A DNA stretch of 64,000 nt, taken from the NCBI GenBank assembly GCA_965214095.1, contig OZ243938.1:3232001-3296000 (forward strand). The letters are read 5' to 3'. The stretch comes from Candidatus Poribacteria bacterium. GTDB taxonomy: Bacteria > Poribacteria > WGA-4E > WGA-3G. Shown piece by piece: positions 10,328 through 20,666 of the stretch (its first letter is position 1; each line of letters starts with the position of its first letter). The notes beneath the pieces are model-generated. The model was not told where the DNA came from. It made no database searches and saw only the letters and a list, made by a program, of their open reading frames with translations. The translations under genes and the position numbers were made by a program.

Positions 10328-13315
10328 ATGATAAACGAAGATGTTGCCATTATTCAACGCATTCTCGCTGATGATGAAACTGCTTTCGCAGAGCTTGTAA
10401 AAAAATATCAGAAGGCAGTGCATACGCTTGCTTGGCGAAAGATTGGGGATTTTCACATTGCAGAGGACATCACCCAAGATGCCTTCCTGAAAGTGTATCA
10501 GAAGCTCCACACCCTGCAAGACCCAAACCAGTTTGCTGGGTGGTTATATGTAATCACAACAAATCTATGCTCCACATGGCTTCGCAAGAAACGGATACAA
10601 ACCAAACGTTTGGAGGACGCAGAGACAATGATGGCACAGAGAGATGCATATTCTGAACATGTTACAGGAGATAGCACCAAAACTGCTGTTGAAACACAAC
10701 GGGAAGTGGTCAAGAAATTGCTTGCGAAGTTGAAAGAGAGTGAGCGGACGGTGATGTCACTTCATTATCTTGGTGAGATGAAGATTGAAGAGATAAGCAG
10801 ATTTCTGGGGGTATCCACAAGCACAATCAAAAGCCGTCTTAGGCGTGCACGGAACCGTTTACAAAAGGAGGAAACAATGATAAAAGAAGCACTCGAACAT
10901 TTCCAACTCTCACCAAACTTAACTGAAAACATCATGCAAGAAGTTTCACGTCTCAAACCTACGCCTACTGCTAGCAAACCACTTGTACCGTGGGCAATTG
11001 CTGCAACAAGTGCAGTCTTAATTGTGTTGTTACTTGGCATAGGGAGTCAACAATTATTCCGTTTTCAGCAACCTTTTTCATTAGATGCACAAGCAGAGAT
11101 GACGGTTGAACTCGTTGACACACCTATTGTGCTAAATTTAGATGCGAAACCGGATGTCCGAAATCAACTGGGCAGTATAAATCCTGCTGGTGATAGTGAG
11201 AATGAAGGTCAGAAACCAGATGAAGTCTTGTTGGCTGCCGCAGAAACAGATGAAGATGACAAGGTGTCTAATCCTAAACAGCAGTGGATTCAGGCAAAAC
11301 CTACTACGGGAACTATGGTAGAAGGTTTGCTTGCAACCTCTGAGGATGTTCTTTACACGCTCGCTCAAGGACACATATACAAATTACAAGACGATAGCAC
11401 GGGGTGGCAACATGTTAGTGATGTTAGCTCAATAACTGATGTGCCGCTTATTGAAATTCCTATGGCAGAACGGAACAATACCTTCTATATGGTTCCCTCC
11501 AATAAACTCTATGCTTCAATAGATGACTGCAGGACATGGGATTTAGTTCATCAATTTCCTGATGAATATTATTCTCCAACTCAATTACTTCTCACTGAAA
11601 AAACTATTTACATCATTTTTGAACATCCAAACGGTGCATTCCGTTCTGAGGATAAAGGAAAAACATGGAAGGATATGAGTGGTGAATTTCCCAATGAACC
11701 CGATGCTATTGTAACGGTCCAAGACACGGTATTTGCTTTAGCAGGTAATATCTATCGCTGGAACTCTGGTGGTTGGCAACGTTTAGCAGAATTCCCAGTA
11801 CCTCAAGCAAAGTCATGTTATTCCATTACAGTAACTAAAGATAAGTTGTATGCCTTCACAATCAATGCCCATTTTGATCCTGATAATGCAGCAAAGGGGC
11901 AACGAGGCTGGTGGATATTTCGCTCAACTGACTTAGGGAATTCGTGGGAAAACATAACTCCAACACAGGTGTGGAAATCAAGAGAAGGATGGAGAATCAA
12001 TATAAGACTTGTTGCTGCTGGTGAAACACTTCTTGCACTGGAACAAGGATTGCTACGTTCTACTGATGGTGGAGATACATGGATGCCTCTAGAAAAAATT
12101 GGTAAATCTCTTGAAATGTTTTCTAATTCTCCAATTGCGGTGTTGAATGAAAGCATTTTCTATTTTGGCAGCCCGTATTCCGGACTCCAACGTTCTATTG
12201 ATGAAGGTAAATCATGGGAAGTGGTCAATGTTACTTCAAATACAAGGGGTATTGGCAACCTAATTGTAGATAGAGTAAATGAAAAAGGACAAAATACACT
12301 TCCAATTATTTATGGGAACGTTGGAGATATGGTAAAAACTATTGACAAGGGTAAGTCTTGGAAAACTATTCCAATCGATCTGTCAATGGATCCACCGAAT
12401 GATGAAGATTTCTTGGACATTACACAGATAATTGAATCGAAAGGTATTATCTATGCTAAAGGTACAAATTTTCTTATTGGTGCTTATGACCAAGGAGTAA
12501 CACATATATTTCACATGTCTACAGAAAGCAATATGTTAGTACCGATTCAAGATCTACCAATCATTGACCCGTGGTTAGGGAGCCAGCTATCTCAAAGAAA
12601 ACATGACTTGTCAGATAAGGCGTTTGTTGAACAGTTGCAAGAAAGATTTGCGGGAGCAACACAGTTCTTTATACAATTGGTTCAAATGGCACCTATACAA
12701 CAAGAAAACCTTCGACGAATTGGTTTGCGTGGCGCGTTTGCGGTCAGTGATGACACAGTTTATATGGAATACAACTTTAAACTATTCCGTTGGAAACAAG
12801 GTGAAAAAGAATGGTATGACACTGGACTGGAAGAGACCGTGGAATTAAAGATAGATGTAGCAAGAATACCTCTGAAACTCGCTACTTCAGGTGATACTGT
12901 TTATGTAGGAAAACGCGATGGACACCTCGCCGTTTCGTTTGATAGTGGAAATAATTGGATTGATCTTACTCCAGCGTTACCTTTTGTAGTTAAAGTATTC
13001 AAAGATATTGTGGTTGCTGGGTCTACCGTTTATGTAGCAACAAACGCAGGTATCATTACATCAGATGATGGAAGGAATTGGCGTACTATCACCGATGCAG
13101 AAGGAACGAATCTCAGTATGGACATACTCACTGCTGATGGCACGATGCTTTATGGTGTTATCAAGGATACTGGCATCTATCGCTTAGAAAATGGCACATG
13201 GAATCAGATTGTCTCAGAAATGCCAGAAAACATAATATCTCTTGCTGTTGACGGAAATACTTTATATGTGGGAACACAAGATCAAGGTATGCTTCACTTT
13301 AATCTTAGTAAATAA
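10328..13315 (+). CDS. ECF sigma factor - TM - Asp-box/BNR beta-propeller fusion
   Basis: Same architecture; sigma4 GVSTSTIKSRLRRAR; RBS GGAG. Confidence 0.92.
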   Translation: MINEDVAIIQRILADDETAFAELVKKYQKAVHTLAWRKIGDFHIAEDITQDAFLKVYQKLHTLQDPNQFAGWLYVITTNLCSTWLRKKRIQTKRLEDAETMMAQRDAYSEHVTGDSTKTAVETQREVVKKLLAKLKESERTVMSLHYLGEMKIEEISRFLGVSTSTIKSRLRRARNRLQKEETMIKEALEHFQLSPNLTENIMQEVSRLKPTPTASKPLVPWAIAATSAVLIVLLLGIGSQQLFRFQQPFSLDAQAEMTVELVDTPIVLNLDAKPDVRNQLGSINPAGDSENEGQKPDEVLLAAAETDEDDKVSNPKQQWIQAKPTTGTMVEGLLATSEDVLYTLAQGHIYKLQDDSTGWQHVSDVSSITDVPLIEIPMAERNNTFYMVPSNKLYASIDDCRTWDLVHQFPDEYYSPTQLLLTEKTIYIIFEHPNGAFRSEDKGKTWKDMSGEFPNEPDAIVTVQDTVFALAGNIYRWNSGGWQRLAEFPVPQAKSCYSITVTKDKLYAFTINAHFDPDNAAKGQRGWWIFRSTDLGNSWENITPTQVWKSREGWRINIRLVAAGETLLALEQGLLRSTDGGDTWMPLEKIGKSLEMFSNSPIAVLNESIFYFGSPYSGLQRSIDEGKSWEVVNVTSNTRGIGNLIVDRVNEKGQNTLPIIYGNVGDMVKTIDKGKSWKTIPIDLSMDPPNDEDFLDITQIIESKGIIYAKGTNFLIGAYDQGVTHIFHMSTESNMLVPIQDLPIIDPWLGSQLSQRKHDLSDKAFVEQLQERFAGATQFFIQLVQMAPIQQENLRRIGLRGAFAVSDDTVYMEYNFKLFRWKQGEKEWYDTGLEETVELKIDVARIPLKLATSGDTVYVGKRDGHLAVSFDSGNNWIDLTPALPFVVKVFKDIVVAGSTVYVATNAGIITSDDGRNWRTITDAEGTNLSMDILTADGTMLYGVIKDTGIYRLENGTWNQIVSEMPENIISLAVDGNTLYVGTQDQGMLHFNLSK

Positions 13316-13401
13316 GTAGATTTGACAATAAACTAATACATGGTCTTGTCGGAGTGCTTTGTAAGTGCACCATAAGCGTCAATTTAGCGTCCTTTCAGGA
13401 A

Positions 13402-13500
13402 CGGTAGGTGCGGTTTCCTAACCGCACCGAATTTGTGCTAAAACCTTTCACAGTCAGTATTCTTGTAGGTTCCAGTGCGGTTAGGAAACCGCACCTACCG
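13402..13500. repeat. REP doublet (REPIN-like), inner spacer in opposite orientation
   Basis: 99-bp inverted pair with GGTGCGGTT/AACCGCACC stems. Confidence 0.85.
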
Positions 13501-13577
13501 TCTTGGGGTTAACTTTCAGTAATCTCTATTCTGGAAAATACTTAAAACTAAATAACCCTACTACGACTAACTCATCC

Positions 13578-13681
13578 TTGACAAACCCACCTGATTTGGT
13601 AGAATAGTATCTCACTGTTTCCGACCAACCAATCTGTAAACCTGAAAAATTATGCAACCGTTCTCCTCCTAACTTGCGTCA
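13578..13681 (+). promoter_or_regulatory. Tandem sigma70 and ECF-type promoters
   Basis: TTGACA-N16-TAGAAT (13578-13605) and TGCAACC-N17-CGTCA (13653-13681). Confidence 0.7.
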
Positions 13682-13730
13682 TTTAGTTTGATACGTGATT
13701 AATCAGACTATTGATTTCTGGAGACACCTT

Positions 13731-16694
13731 ATGAACAACGACGATGTTGCACTCATCAGACAAATTCTTGATGGTGACGAAATCGCTTTCGCTGAACTTG
13801 TGAAAAAGTATCAAAAACAGGTTCACGTGTTAGCATGGCGAAAGATTGGTGACTTTCATATCGCTGAGGACATTACCCAAGACACCTTCCTGAAAGTGTA
13901 TCAGAGACTACATACCTTGAAAGATCCAAACCTATTTTCTGGGTGGCTCTATGTAATTACGACACGCTTATGTGCTACATGGCTACGGAGAAATAGAATT
14001 CAAACGCAACCTTTGGAGGATGTAGAGGAAACCATGATACAGAGAGATGCATATTCACAACATGTCGCTGATGAACGCGCTAAAACAACCTCTCAGACAC
14101 AACGGGAAGTAGTCAAGAGACTTCTCGCGAAATTGAAAGAGAGTGAACGCACGGTAATGACGCTCTACTACCTCGGTGAAATGACAGTTGAAGAGATTAG
14201 CAAGTTCTTAGGTGTTTCTGCAGGAACGATAAAAAGCCGACTACAACGTGCACGGAATCGTCTACAAAAGGAGGAAACAATGATAAAAGAAGCACTCGAA
14301 CATTTCCAACTCTCACCAAACTTAACTGAAAACATCATGCAAGAAGTTTCACGTCTTAAACCTACGCCTACTGGTAGCAAACCACTTGTACCGTGGGCAA
14401 TTGCTGCTACAAGTGCAGTCTTAATTGTGTTGTTACTTGGCATAGGCAGTCAACAGTTACTCCGTTTTCAGCAACCTTATTCATTAGATGCACAAGCAGA
14501 GATGACGGTTGAACTTGTTGACACACCAATTGTGCTAAATCTTGATACAGAACCAGATGTTAGAAATCGATTGGGCAATTCAAATGCTTTGGGTATCAGT
14601 GAGAACGAAGGTCAGAAACCAGATGAAGTATTATTCACCGCTGCAGAAACCGAAGATGAGGACAAGGTATCCGTTCCTAAACAGCAGTGGATTCAATCTG
14701 AACCTGTCAAAGGAAGTCGGACATATACTTTGCATGTTACCTCTCAAGGAGAACTATATGCTCTTGGTGGAAAAAACCCAAGTATTTTCAAACTATCAGA
14801 CGATGAAACGGGTTGGAAACACATCTTTGACATTATTTTACTTAAGTCCGCTTGGAGTGGAGATTCTCCTATCACAAAGTGGAATGATACCCTCTATTTT
14901 ATACCATCCCATGAACTATTTGCATCAAAGGATGACGGCAAAACTTGGGCTTTAGTCTACTCATGGGAAAGGGAATATGATGCAATCCAATTTATATTTA
15001 CAGATAAAGTATTTTATCTTGCTTTTGACAAAGGTATTTTTCGCTCGTATGATCTTGGCACTACTTGGGAGGAAATAAACGAAGGCTTAATGGGAGATAT
15101 TAGTTCTGTTGTCAAAGTCCAAAACACATTGTTTGCAGGAACCGATAATGGATTCTATCGTCTGGAGGGAGACACTTGGAAACGATTGAAATTCCCTGTT
15201 GAAGTTGGTAGGATACGTTCTCTTACATCTACGGAAGGAAAACTCTATGTTGCAGCAGAATTGAGAGATGATTTATTAGATCCTCACAGAGTATCTCGTG
15301 GACTGCAACGTTCATGGTGGATATTCCGTTCAACCGACTTGGGTAATTCCTGGGATGATATAACCCCAACACATGCCTGGAACATAAAAGGATGGCCTCC
15401 CTTTGTAAAGCTGATTGCCTCTGGTAATACACTGTTAGCCATGGAAAAAGGGATGGTGTGTTCTAATGATAGTGGGGATACATGGCAACCCACGCAATTA
15501 TCAGAGTCAACCCCAACAATAAACGCTGATCTAGACAGGTCAGTAGTGGTAAACGGGAATGTATTTTATGTTACCAGTGCTGAGGATGGACTCCATCGAT
15601 CTCTTGATAAGGGTAAATCATGGGATAAGGTCAATTTTGAAAGGGAAAGTAGAGTTGATGACTTAGTCTTGTTTAAGGGAAAAATTAACGGACAGATAAC
15701 TCCCTCAGTGCTCTACGCGAAATCCGGAGACAGAATCATAAATACCATTGATCAAGGTGAATCTTGGAACGTCGCTCAACTGAAAATACCGATGGCAGTT
15801 CCTGATAAAGAAGAAACTCCAAGTATTACGCATATACTTAAATACGGTGGTGTCATTTATGCCAAAGGTGGAGACCATCTTGGAAGAGGCGAAACCCGTA
15901 TATATCGTATTTCGACTGTAGACGGTATTTCAATAACACCGATTCAAGGTTTGCCAATCTTTGACTCAATGGAACTAAGTAACTTGTTGGATCAAGGTTT
16001 TTCAGCCAAACAGTTGCGAGAGAGTGCATCTGGTGCAACCGAATTCTTTGAACAGTTGGCTAAATGGGATCCTCAACAACTAAATATCTATATGCAATTA
16101 GGGTTCCGGACTGGTGCGTTCGCTATTAGTGCCGATACGTTCTATATGGAATACAACTACAAACTCTTTAGATCGAAAATGGGTGATACAGAATGGCATG
16201 ATACCGGATTGGAAGAATACGAATTACCATTAAAAAGAGCAATGAGAAACCTAAAACTTGCAGTTTCAAATGATACTGTATATGTTGGAAAACGGGATGG
16301 TAATCTCGTTGTATCGCTTGATAGAGGCAATAATTGGGTTGATCTTACCCCCGCACTACCATTTCAAGTAAAAGCATTCAATGAAATCGTGATTGTCGGA
16401 AACACAGTATATGTAGCAACAGATGCAGGTGTCGTTGCATCAGGTCGTGGAAATAATTGGGGTGCTATCACTGATGCAGAAGGAACGAATCTCAGTATGG
16501 ACATACTCACTGCTGATAGCAAGACACTTTATGGTGTTACCAAAGATACTGGCATCTATCGCTTAGAAAATGGCACATGGAATCAGATTGTTTCAGAGAT
16601 GCCAGAAAACATAACATCTCTTGCTGTTGACGGAAATACTTTATATGTGGGAACACAAGATCAAGGTATGCTTCACTTTAATCTCAATAAATAA
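13731..16694 (+). CDS. ECF sigma factor - TM - Asp-box/BNR beta-propeller fusion
   Basis: Start moved from GTG 13695 to ATG 13731 (RBS GGAG; matches paralog 40630 MNNDDVALIR). Confidence 0.92.
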   Translation: MNNDDVALIRQILDGDEIAFAELVKKYQKQVHVLAWRKIGDFHIAEDITQDTFLKVYQRLHTLKDPNLFSGWLYVITTRLCATWLRRNRIQTQPLEDVEETMIQRDAYSQHVADERAKTTSQTQREVVKRLLAKLKESERTVMTLYYLGEMTVEEISKFLGVSAGTIKSRLQRARNRLQKEETMIKEALEHFQLSPNLTENIMQEVSRLKPTPTGSKPLVPWAIAATSAVLIVLLLGIGSQQLLRFQQPYSLDAQAEMTVELVDTPIVLNLDTEPDVRNRLGNSNALGISENEGQKPDEVLFTAAETEDEDKVSVPKQQWIQSEPVKGSRTYTLHVTSQGELYALGGKNPSIFKLSDDETGWKHIFDIILLKSAWSGDSPITKWNDTLYFIPSHELFASKDDGKTWALVYSWEREYDAIQFIFTDKVFYLAFDKGIFRSYDLGTTWEEINEGLMGDISSVVKVQNTLFAGTDNGFYRLEGDTWKRLKFPVEVGRIRSLTSTEGKLYVAAELRDDLLDPHRVSRGLQRSWWIFRSTDLGNSWDDITPTHAWNIKGWPPFVKLIASGNTLLAMEKGMVCSNDSGDTWQPTQLSESTPTINADLDRSVVVNGNVFYVTSAEDGLHRSLDKGKSWDKVNFERESRVDDLVLFKGKINGQITPSVLYAKSGDRIINTIDQGESWNVAQLKIPMAVPDKEETPSITHILKYGGVIYAKGGDHLGRGETRIYRISTVDGISITPIQGLPIFDSMELSNLLDQGFSAKQLRESASGATEFFEQLAKWDPQQLNIYMQLGFRTGAFAISADTFYMEYNYKLFRSKMGDTEWHDTGLEEYELPLKRAMRNLKLAVSNDTVYVGKRDGNLVVSLDRGNNWVDLTPALPFQVKAFNEIVIVGNTVYVATDAGVVASGRGNNWGAITDAEGTNLSMDILTADSKTLYGVTKDTGIYRLENGTWNQIVSEMPENITSLAVDGNTLYVGTQDQGMLHFNLNK

Positions 16695-16775
16695 GTATGC
16701 AATAAACTGATACATGCTCTTGTCGAAGTGCTTTGTAAGTGCACCATAAGCGTCAATTTAGCGTCCTTTCAGGAA

Positions 16776-16874
16776 CGGTAGGTTCGGTTTCCTAACCGAA
16801 CCGGATCCTATGCGAAAACTTTATATCAACGGGATCGGCACAAATCTGGTGCGGTTAGGAAACCGCACCTACCG
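16776..16874. repeat. REP doublet (REPIN-like)
   Basis: Same sequence as 9998-10096, inside a duplicated intergenic block. Confidence 0.85.
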
Positions 16875-16953
16875 TCTTGGGAAATTCAGCATTTGCAAAA
16901 GAAAGGACAAGAAAAACCGAAAACTAAATAGTCCTGCTACGACTAACTCATCC

Positions 16954-17057
16954 TTGACAAACCCACCTGATTTGGTAGAATAGTATCTCACTGTTTCCGA
17001 CCAACCCATTTGCAAACCTGCAGAATTTGGTAACCTTTTTGCATATATCTTGCGTCA
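16954..17057 (+). promoter_or_regulatory. Tandem sigma70 and ECF-type promoters
   Basis: TTGACA-N16-TAGAAT (16954-16981) and GGTAACC-N17-CGTCA (17029-17057). Confidence 0.7.
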
Positions 17058-17105
17058 CTATAGTATGATGTGTGATGAATCAACTTTCACTAATGGAGTC
17101 ACCAG

Positions 17106-20100
17106 ATGAAAAACGAAGATGTTGCTATTATTCAACGCATTCTCGCTGATGATGAAACTGCTTTTGCTGAACTTGTGAAAAAGTATCAGAAGGCAGTGCA
17201 TACGCTTGCTTGGCGAAAGATTGGGGATTTTCACATTGCAGAGGACATCACCCAAGATGCCTTCCTGAAAGTATATCAGAAGCTCCACACCCTGCAAGAC
17301 CCAAACCAGTTTGCTGGGTGGTTATATGTAATCACAACAAATCTATGCTCCACATGGCTTCGCAAGAAACGGATACAAACCAAACGTTTGGAGGACGCAG
17401 AGACAATGATGGCACAGAGAGATGCGTATTCTGAACATGTTACAGGAGATACCACAAAAACTGCTGTTGAAACACAACGGGAAGTGGTTAAGAAATTGCT
17501 TACGAAGTTGAAAGAGAGTGAACGTACGGTGATGTCACTTCATTATCTTGGTGAGATGAAGATTGAAGAGATAAGCAGATTTCTGGGGGTATCCACAAGC
17601 ACAATCAAAAGCCGTCTTAGGCGTGCACGGAACCGTTTACAAAAGGAGGAAACACTGATTAGAGAAGCACTCGAACATTTCCAACTCTCACCAAACTTAA
17701 CTGAAAACATCATGCAAGAAGTTTCACGTCTCAAACCTACGCCTACTGGTAGCAAACCACTTGTACCGTGGGCAATTGCTGCAACAAGTGCCGTCTTAAT
17801 TGTGTTGTTACTTGGCATAGGCAGTCAGAATTTAGTTCGTTTTCAGAAACCTTTTTCATTAGATGCACAAGCAGAGATGACGGTTGAACTTGTTGATACA
17901 CCTATTGTGTTAAATTTAGATGCGAAACCGGATGTTAGAAATCAACTGGGCAGTATAAATCCTGCTGGTGATAGTGAGAATGAAGGCCAGAAACCAGATG
18001 AAGTCCTGTTGGCTGCCGCAGAAACCGAGGAGGAGGACAAGGTATCTAATCCTAAACAGCAGTGGATTCAGGAAAACGGACCTATAGGACATGGGTATCT
18101 GCTGACGTACTTCCCTACACCTGAGGGACAGATCTACATTGTATACAATGAAGGCAGAGACTATAAGCTATATAAACTGCCAGAACGTGAAACTGAATTT
18201 CAACACATTAGTGATATTACGTCAAATTCAGTTACTTATTTTGACAGTATCTTTATGGTGAAGTTGAACAATACCCTCTATTTTGTTGGATCTAACGAAC
18301 TAAACGAACTTTTCGCATCAACCGATGGTGGTGTGACTTGGCATTCTGTGGGTAAGTGTCCAGACGGATGGATTTATGGATTTGAAGTAATTGATGATAG
18401 GTTTTACCTTGTCATTGAACATAAAATCTTCGTTTCTGAGGACACCGGAAAGACATGGTCTATTCTTGACAAGGGATTGCCGTGGGAAGTAAACACTCTG
18501 GAAGTAATTCAAAACACACTATATGCTGCAACAAACAAAGGTCTTTATCACCTTCACGGTGGTAGTTGGCAACCTTTACAATTTCCCATAACTGAAGCCA
18601 AAGCAATTGTATCGTTTGCTGGAACTGAAAAATACCTATATGTCCTGACAGTATGGGATTGGAAAAATGTTGGACCGCAAGGACGGACATGGTGGCTCTT
18701 CCGATCTACCGATAAAGGACAGTCATGGACAGATATAACACCAACAAACGCACTGCCCATTATGGGATCTGAACCCTTTGAAGAATTACCTGAGGCTACA
18801 CTTGTCGCAGTCAAAAACACAGTATTATTAATCGGGTTGAGTGGTGCTGCAGTGTTTCGTTCAATTGACAACGGTGATACATGGACTCTTAAAAATACTA
18901 ACGATATTTCGGTGATGTCAAACAGTGTTCGCAATGCAGTAGCGGTAGATGAAAACACGTTCTATTTACAGGGATATTCTGGTTTTTATCGCTCAATTGA
19001 TGGAGGACTATCGTGGAAAAGGTTTAATCCTGGGATGAAAGGAGCAATCGTTGACTTGATTAATGTCAAAAAAAATAGAGTGCAGAATTCATCCAACTCC
19101 CTATATGCGATGTTTACTGGTGGACTTCAAAATCAGTGGGTATTTGAATCCAGTGATAAGGGAAAATCTTGGCATGTGGTGAATCCAGAAATTCAAACTC
19201 AAGAACAAATACCTTCTTTTACTTGGATAGCAGAGTCTGGCGGGGCACTTTATGCTAAAGGTCAAGGACCTACCAGTTGGGCAATCATTGGTCTGTATAG
19301 GATTTCTGAGGATCGCAATATGTTAGTCCCGATTAAAGGAATACCCGTCATCAGTTCATCAACTTTATTACACCTATTGAATACAACAAAAAGAGGACCC
19401 AATTTTGATCTATCTTATGATGCGTTTGTTGAACAGTTACAGGAAAGTTCTGTTGGGGCAGCACAGTTCTTTAAACAGTTGGCTCAAACGAATCCCAGAA
19501 ATGCAGATGGTTCCTTTAGAAGGTCAGGTTTACGCGGAACATTTGCTGTCAGTGGCGATACGTTCTACATGGAACACAACTATAAACTCTTCCGATGGGA
19601 ACCTAGTGATACTGAATGGTACGACACCGGACAAGAAGAAACCGTTAGATTGACTTGGGATGTAATAAGAAGAGATCTTAAACTTGCTGTTTCAGATGAC
19701 ACTGTTTACGTAGGAAAAAGGGACGGTCATCTTGTCGTTTCGCTGGATAAGGGGAATAATTGGATTGATCTCACCTCAGCACTACCATTTTCCGTAAAAA
19801 CTTTCAATGATATCGTGTTTGTCGGCAATACAGTGTATGTAGCAACAGATGCGGGTATCGCAGCATCAGGTCGTGGAAATAATTGGGGTGCTATCACTGA
19901 TGCAGAAGGAACAAATCTCATAATGGAGATACTCACTGTTGATGGCACAATACTATACGGTGTTACCAAAGATACTGGCATCTATCGCTTAGAAAATGGC
20001 ACATGGAATCAGATTGTCTCAGAGATTCCAGAAAACATAACATCACTCGCTGTTGACGGAAATACTTTATATGTGGGAACACAAGATCAAGGTATGCTTC

Positions 20101-20126
20101 ACTATAATCTTGATAATAATAAGTAG
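17106..20126 (+). CDS. ECF sigma factor - TM - Asp-box/BNR beta-propeller fusion
   Basis: N-terminal ~320 aa nearly identical to 10328 gene; divergent propeller. Confidence 0.92.
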   Translation: MKNEDVAIIQRILADDETAFAELVKKYQKAVHTLAWRKIGDFHIAEDITQDAFLKVYQKLHTLQDPNQFAGWLYVITTNLCSTWLRKKRIQTKRLEDAETMMAQRDAYSEHVTGDTTKTAVETQREVVKKLLTKLKESERTVMSLHYLGEMKIEEISRFLGVSTSTIKSRLRRARNRLQKEETLIREALEHFQLSPNLTENIMQEVSRLKPTPTGSKPLVPWAIAATSAVLIVLLLGIGSQNLVRFQKPFSLDAQAEMTVELVDTPIVLNLDAKPDVRNQLGSINPAGDSENEGQKPDEVLLAAAETEEEDKVSNPKQQWIQENGPIGHGYLLTYFPTPEGQIYIVYNEGRDYKLYKLPERETEFQHISDITSNSVTYFDSIFMVKLNNTLYFVGSNELNELFASTDGGVTWHSVGKCPDGWIYGFEVIDDRFYLVIEHKIFVSEDTGKTWSILDKGLPWEVNTLEVIQNTLYAATNKGLYHLHGGSWQPLQFPITEAKAIVSFAGTEKYLYVLTVWDWKNVGPQGRTWWLFRSTDKGQSWTDITPTNALPIMGSEPFEELPEATLVAVKNTVLLIGLSGAAVFRSIDNGDTWTLKNTNDISVMSNSVRNAVAVDENTFYLQGYSGFYRSIDGGLSWKRFNPGMKGAIVDLINVKKNRVQNSSNSLYAMFTGGLQNQWVFESSDKGKSWHVVNPEIQTQEQIPSFTWIAESGGALYAKGQGPTSWAIIGLYRISEDRNMLVPIKGIPVISSSTLLHLLNTTKRGPNFDLSYDAFVEQLQESSVGAAQFFKQLAQTNPRNADGSFRRSGLRGTFAVSGDTFYMEHNYKLFRWEPSDTEWYDTGQEETVRLTWDVIRRDLKLAVSDDTVYVGKRDGHLVVSLDKGNNWIDLTSALPFSVKTFNDIVFVGNTVYVATDAGIAASGRGNNWGAITDAEGTNLIMEILTVDGTILYGVTKDTGIYRLENGTWNQIVSEIPENITSLAVDGNTLYVGTQDQGMLHYNLDNNK

Positions 20127-20175
20127 ATTTTGCAATAAACTAATACATGATCTTGCCGGAGTGCTTTGTAAGTGC

Positions 20176-20349
20176 ACCATAAGCGTCAATTTAGCGTCCT
20201 TTCAGGAACGGTAGGTTCGGTTTCCTAACCGAACCGGTTTTGTGCCAAATACCTTCATAGAGGTTCTCGCACAGGTTCCGTGCGGTTAGGAAACCGCACC
20301 TACCGGCCTGGGGAAAACGCCTAATTTACACTAAATTGACGCCTATGGT
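20176..20349. mobile_element. Putative MITE-like element with 19-bp terminal inverted repeats, containing a REP doublet (20209-20305)
   Basis: ACCATAAGCGTCAATTTAG ... CTAAATTGACGCCTATGGT (18/19 complementary); left end also at ~9965, ~13370, ~16743; degenerate right end at 488-506. Confidence 0.5.
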
Positions 20350-20440
20350 TCGGTTTCCTAACCGAACCGGTTCCTACGCGAAAACTTTATATCAACGGGA
20401 TCGGCACAAATCTGGTGCGGTTAGGAAACCGAACCTACCG
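20347..20440. repeat. REP doublet with truncated left arm
   Basis: GGTTCGGTTTCCTAACCGAACC ... GGTGCGGTTAGGAAACCGAACCTACCG; inner spacer like 9998-10096. Confidence 0.75.
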
Positions 20441-20538
20441 TCTTGGGAAATTCAGCATTTGCAAAAGAATTCAGCATTTGCAAAAGAAAGGACAAGAAAA
20501 ACCGAAAACTAAATAGTCCTGCTACGACTAACTCATCC

Positions 20539-20642
20539 TTGACAAACCCACCTGATTTGGTAGAATAGTATTTCACTGTTTCCGACCAACCAATCTGTCC
20601 ATCTGCAGAATTATGCACCAGTTTTATCCGTAAGTCGCGTCA
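20539..20642 (+). promoter_or_regulatory. Tandem sigma70 and ECF-type promoters
   Basis: TTGACA-N16-TAGAAT (20539-20566) and TGCACCA-N17-CGTCA (20614-20642). Confidence 0.7.
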
Positions 20643-20666
20643 CTATATGCTGAACGGAGGTAATGC

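Noticed and set aside
375-20440. Palindromic repeats with ~41-45-bp inner spacers as a CRISPR array
   Set aside because: Repeats are inverted pairs kilobases apart, spacers are homologous to each other, and there are no cas genes.
9930-20440. Integron cassette array (palindromes as attC)
   Set aside because: No integrase seen, no recognisable attC core sites, genes have their own promoters and most junctions lack the repeat.
20449-20486. 19-bp tandem duplication AATTCAGCATTTGCAAAAG
   Set aside because: Present in only one copy of the intergenic block; likely slippage with no evident consequence.
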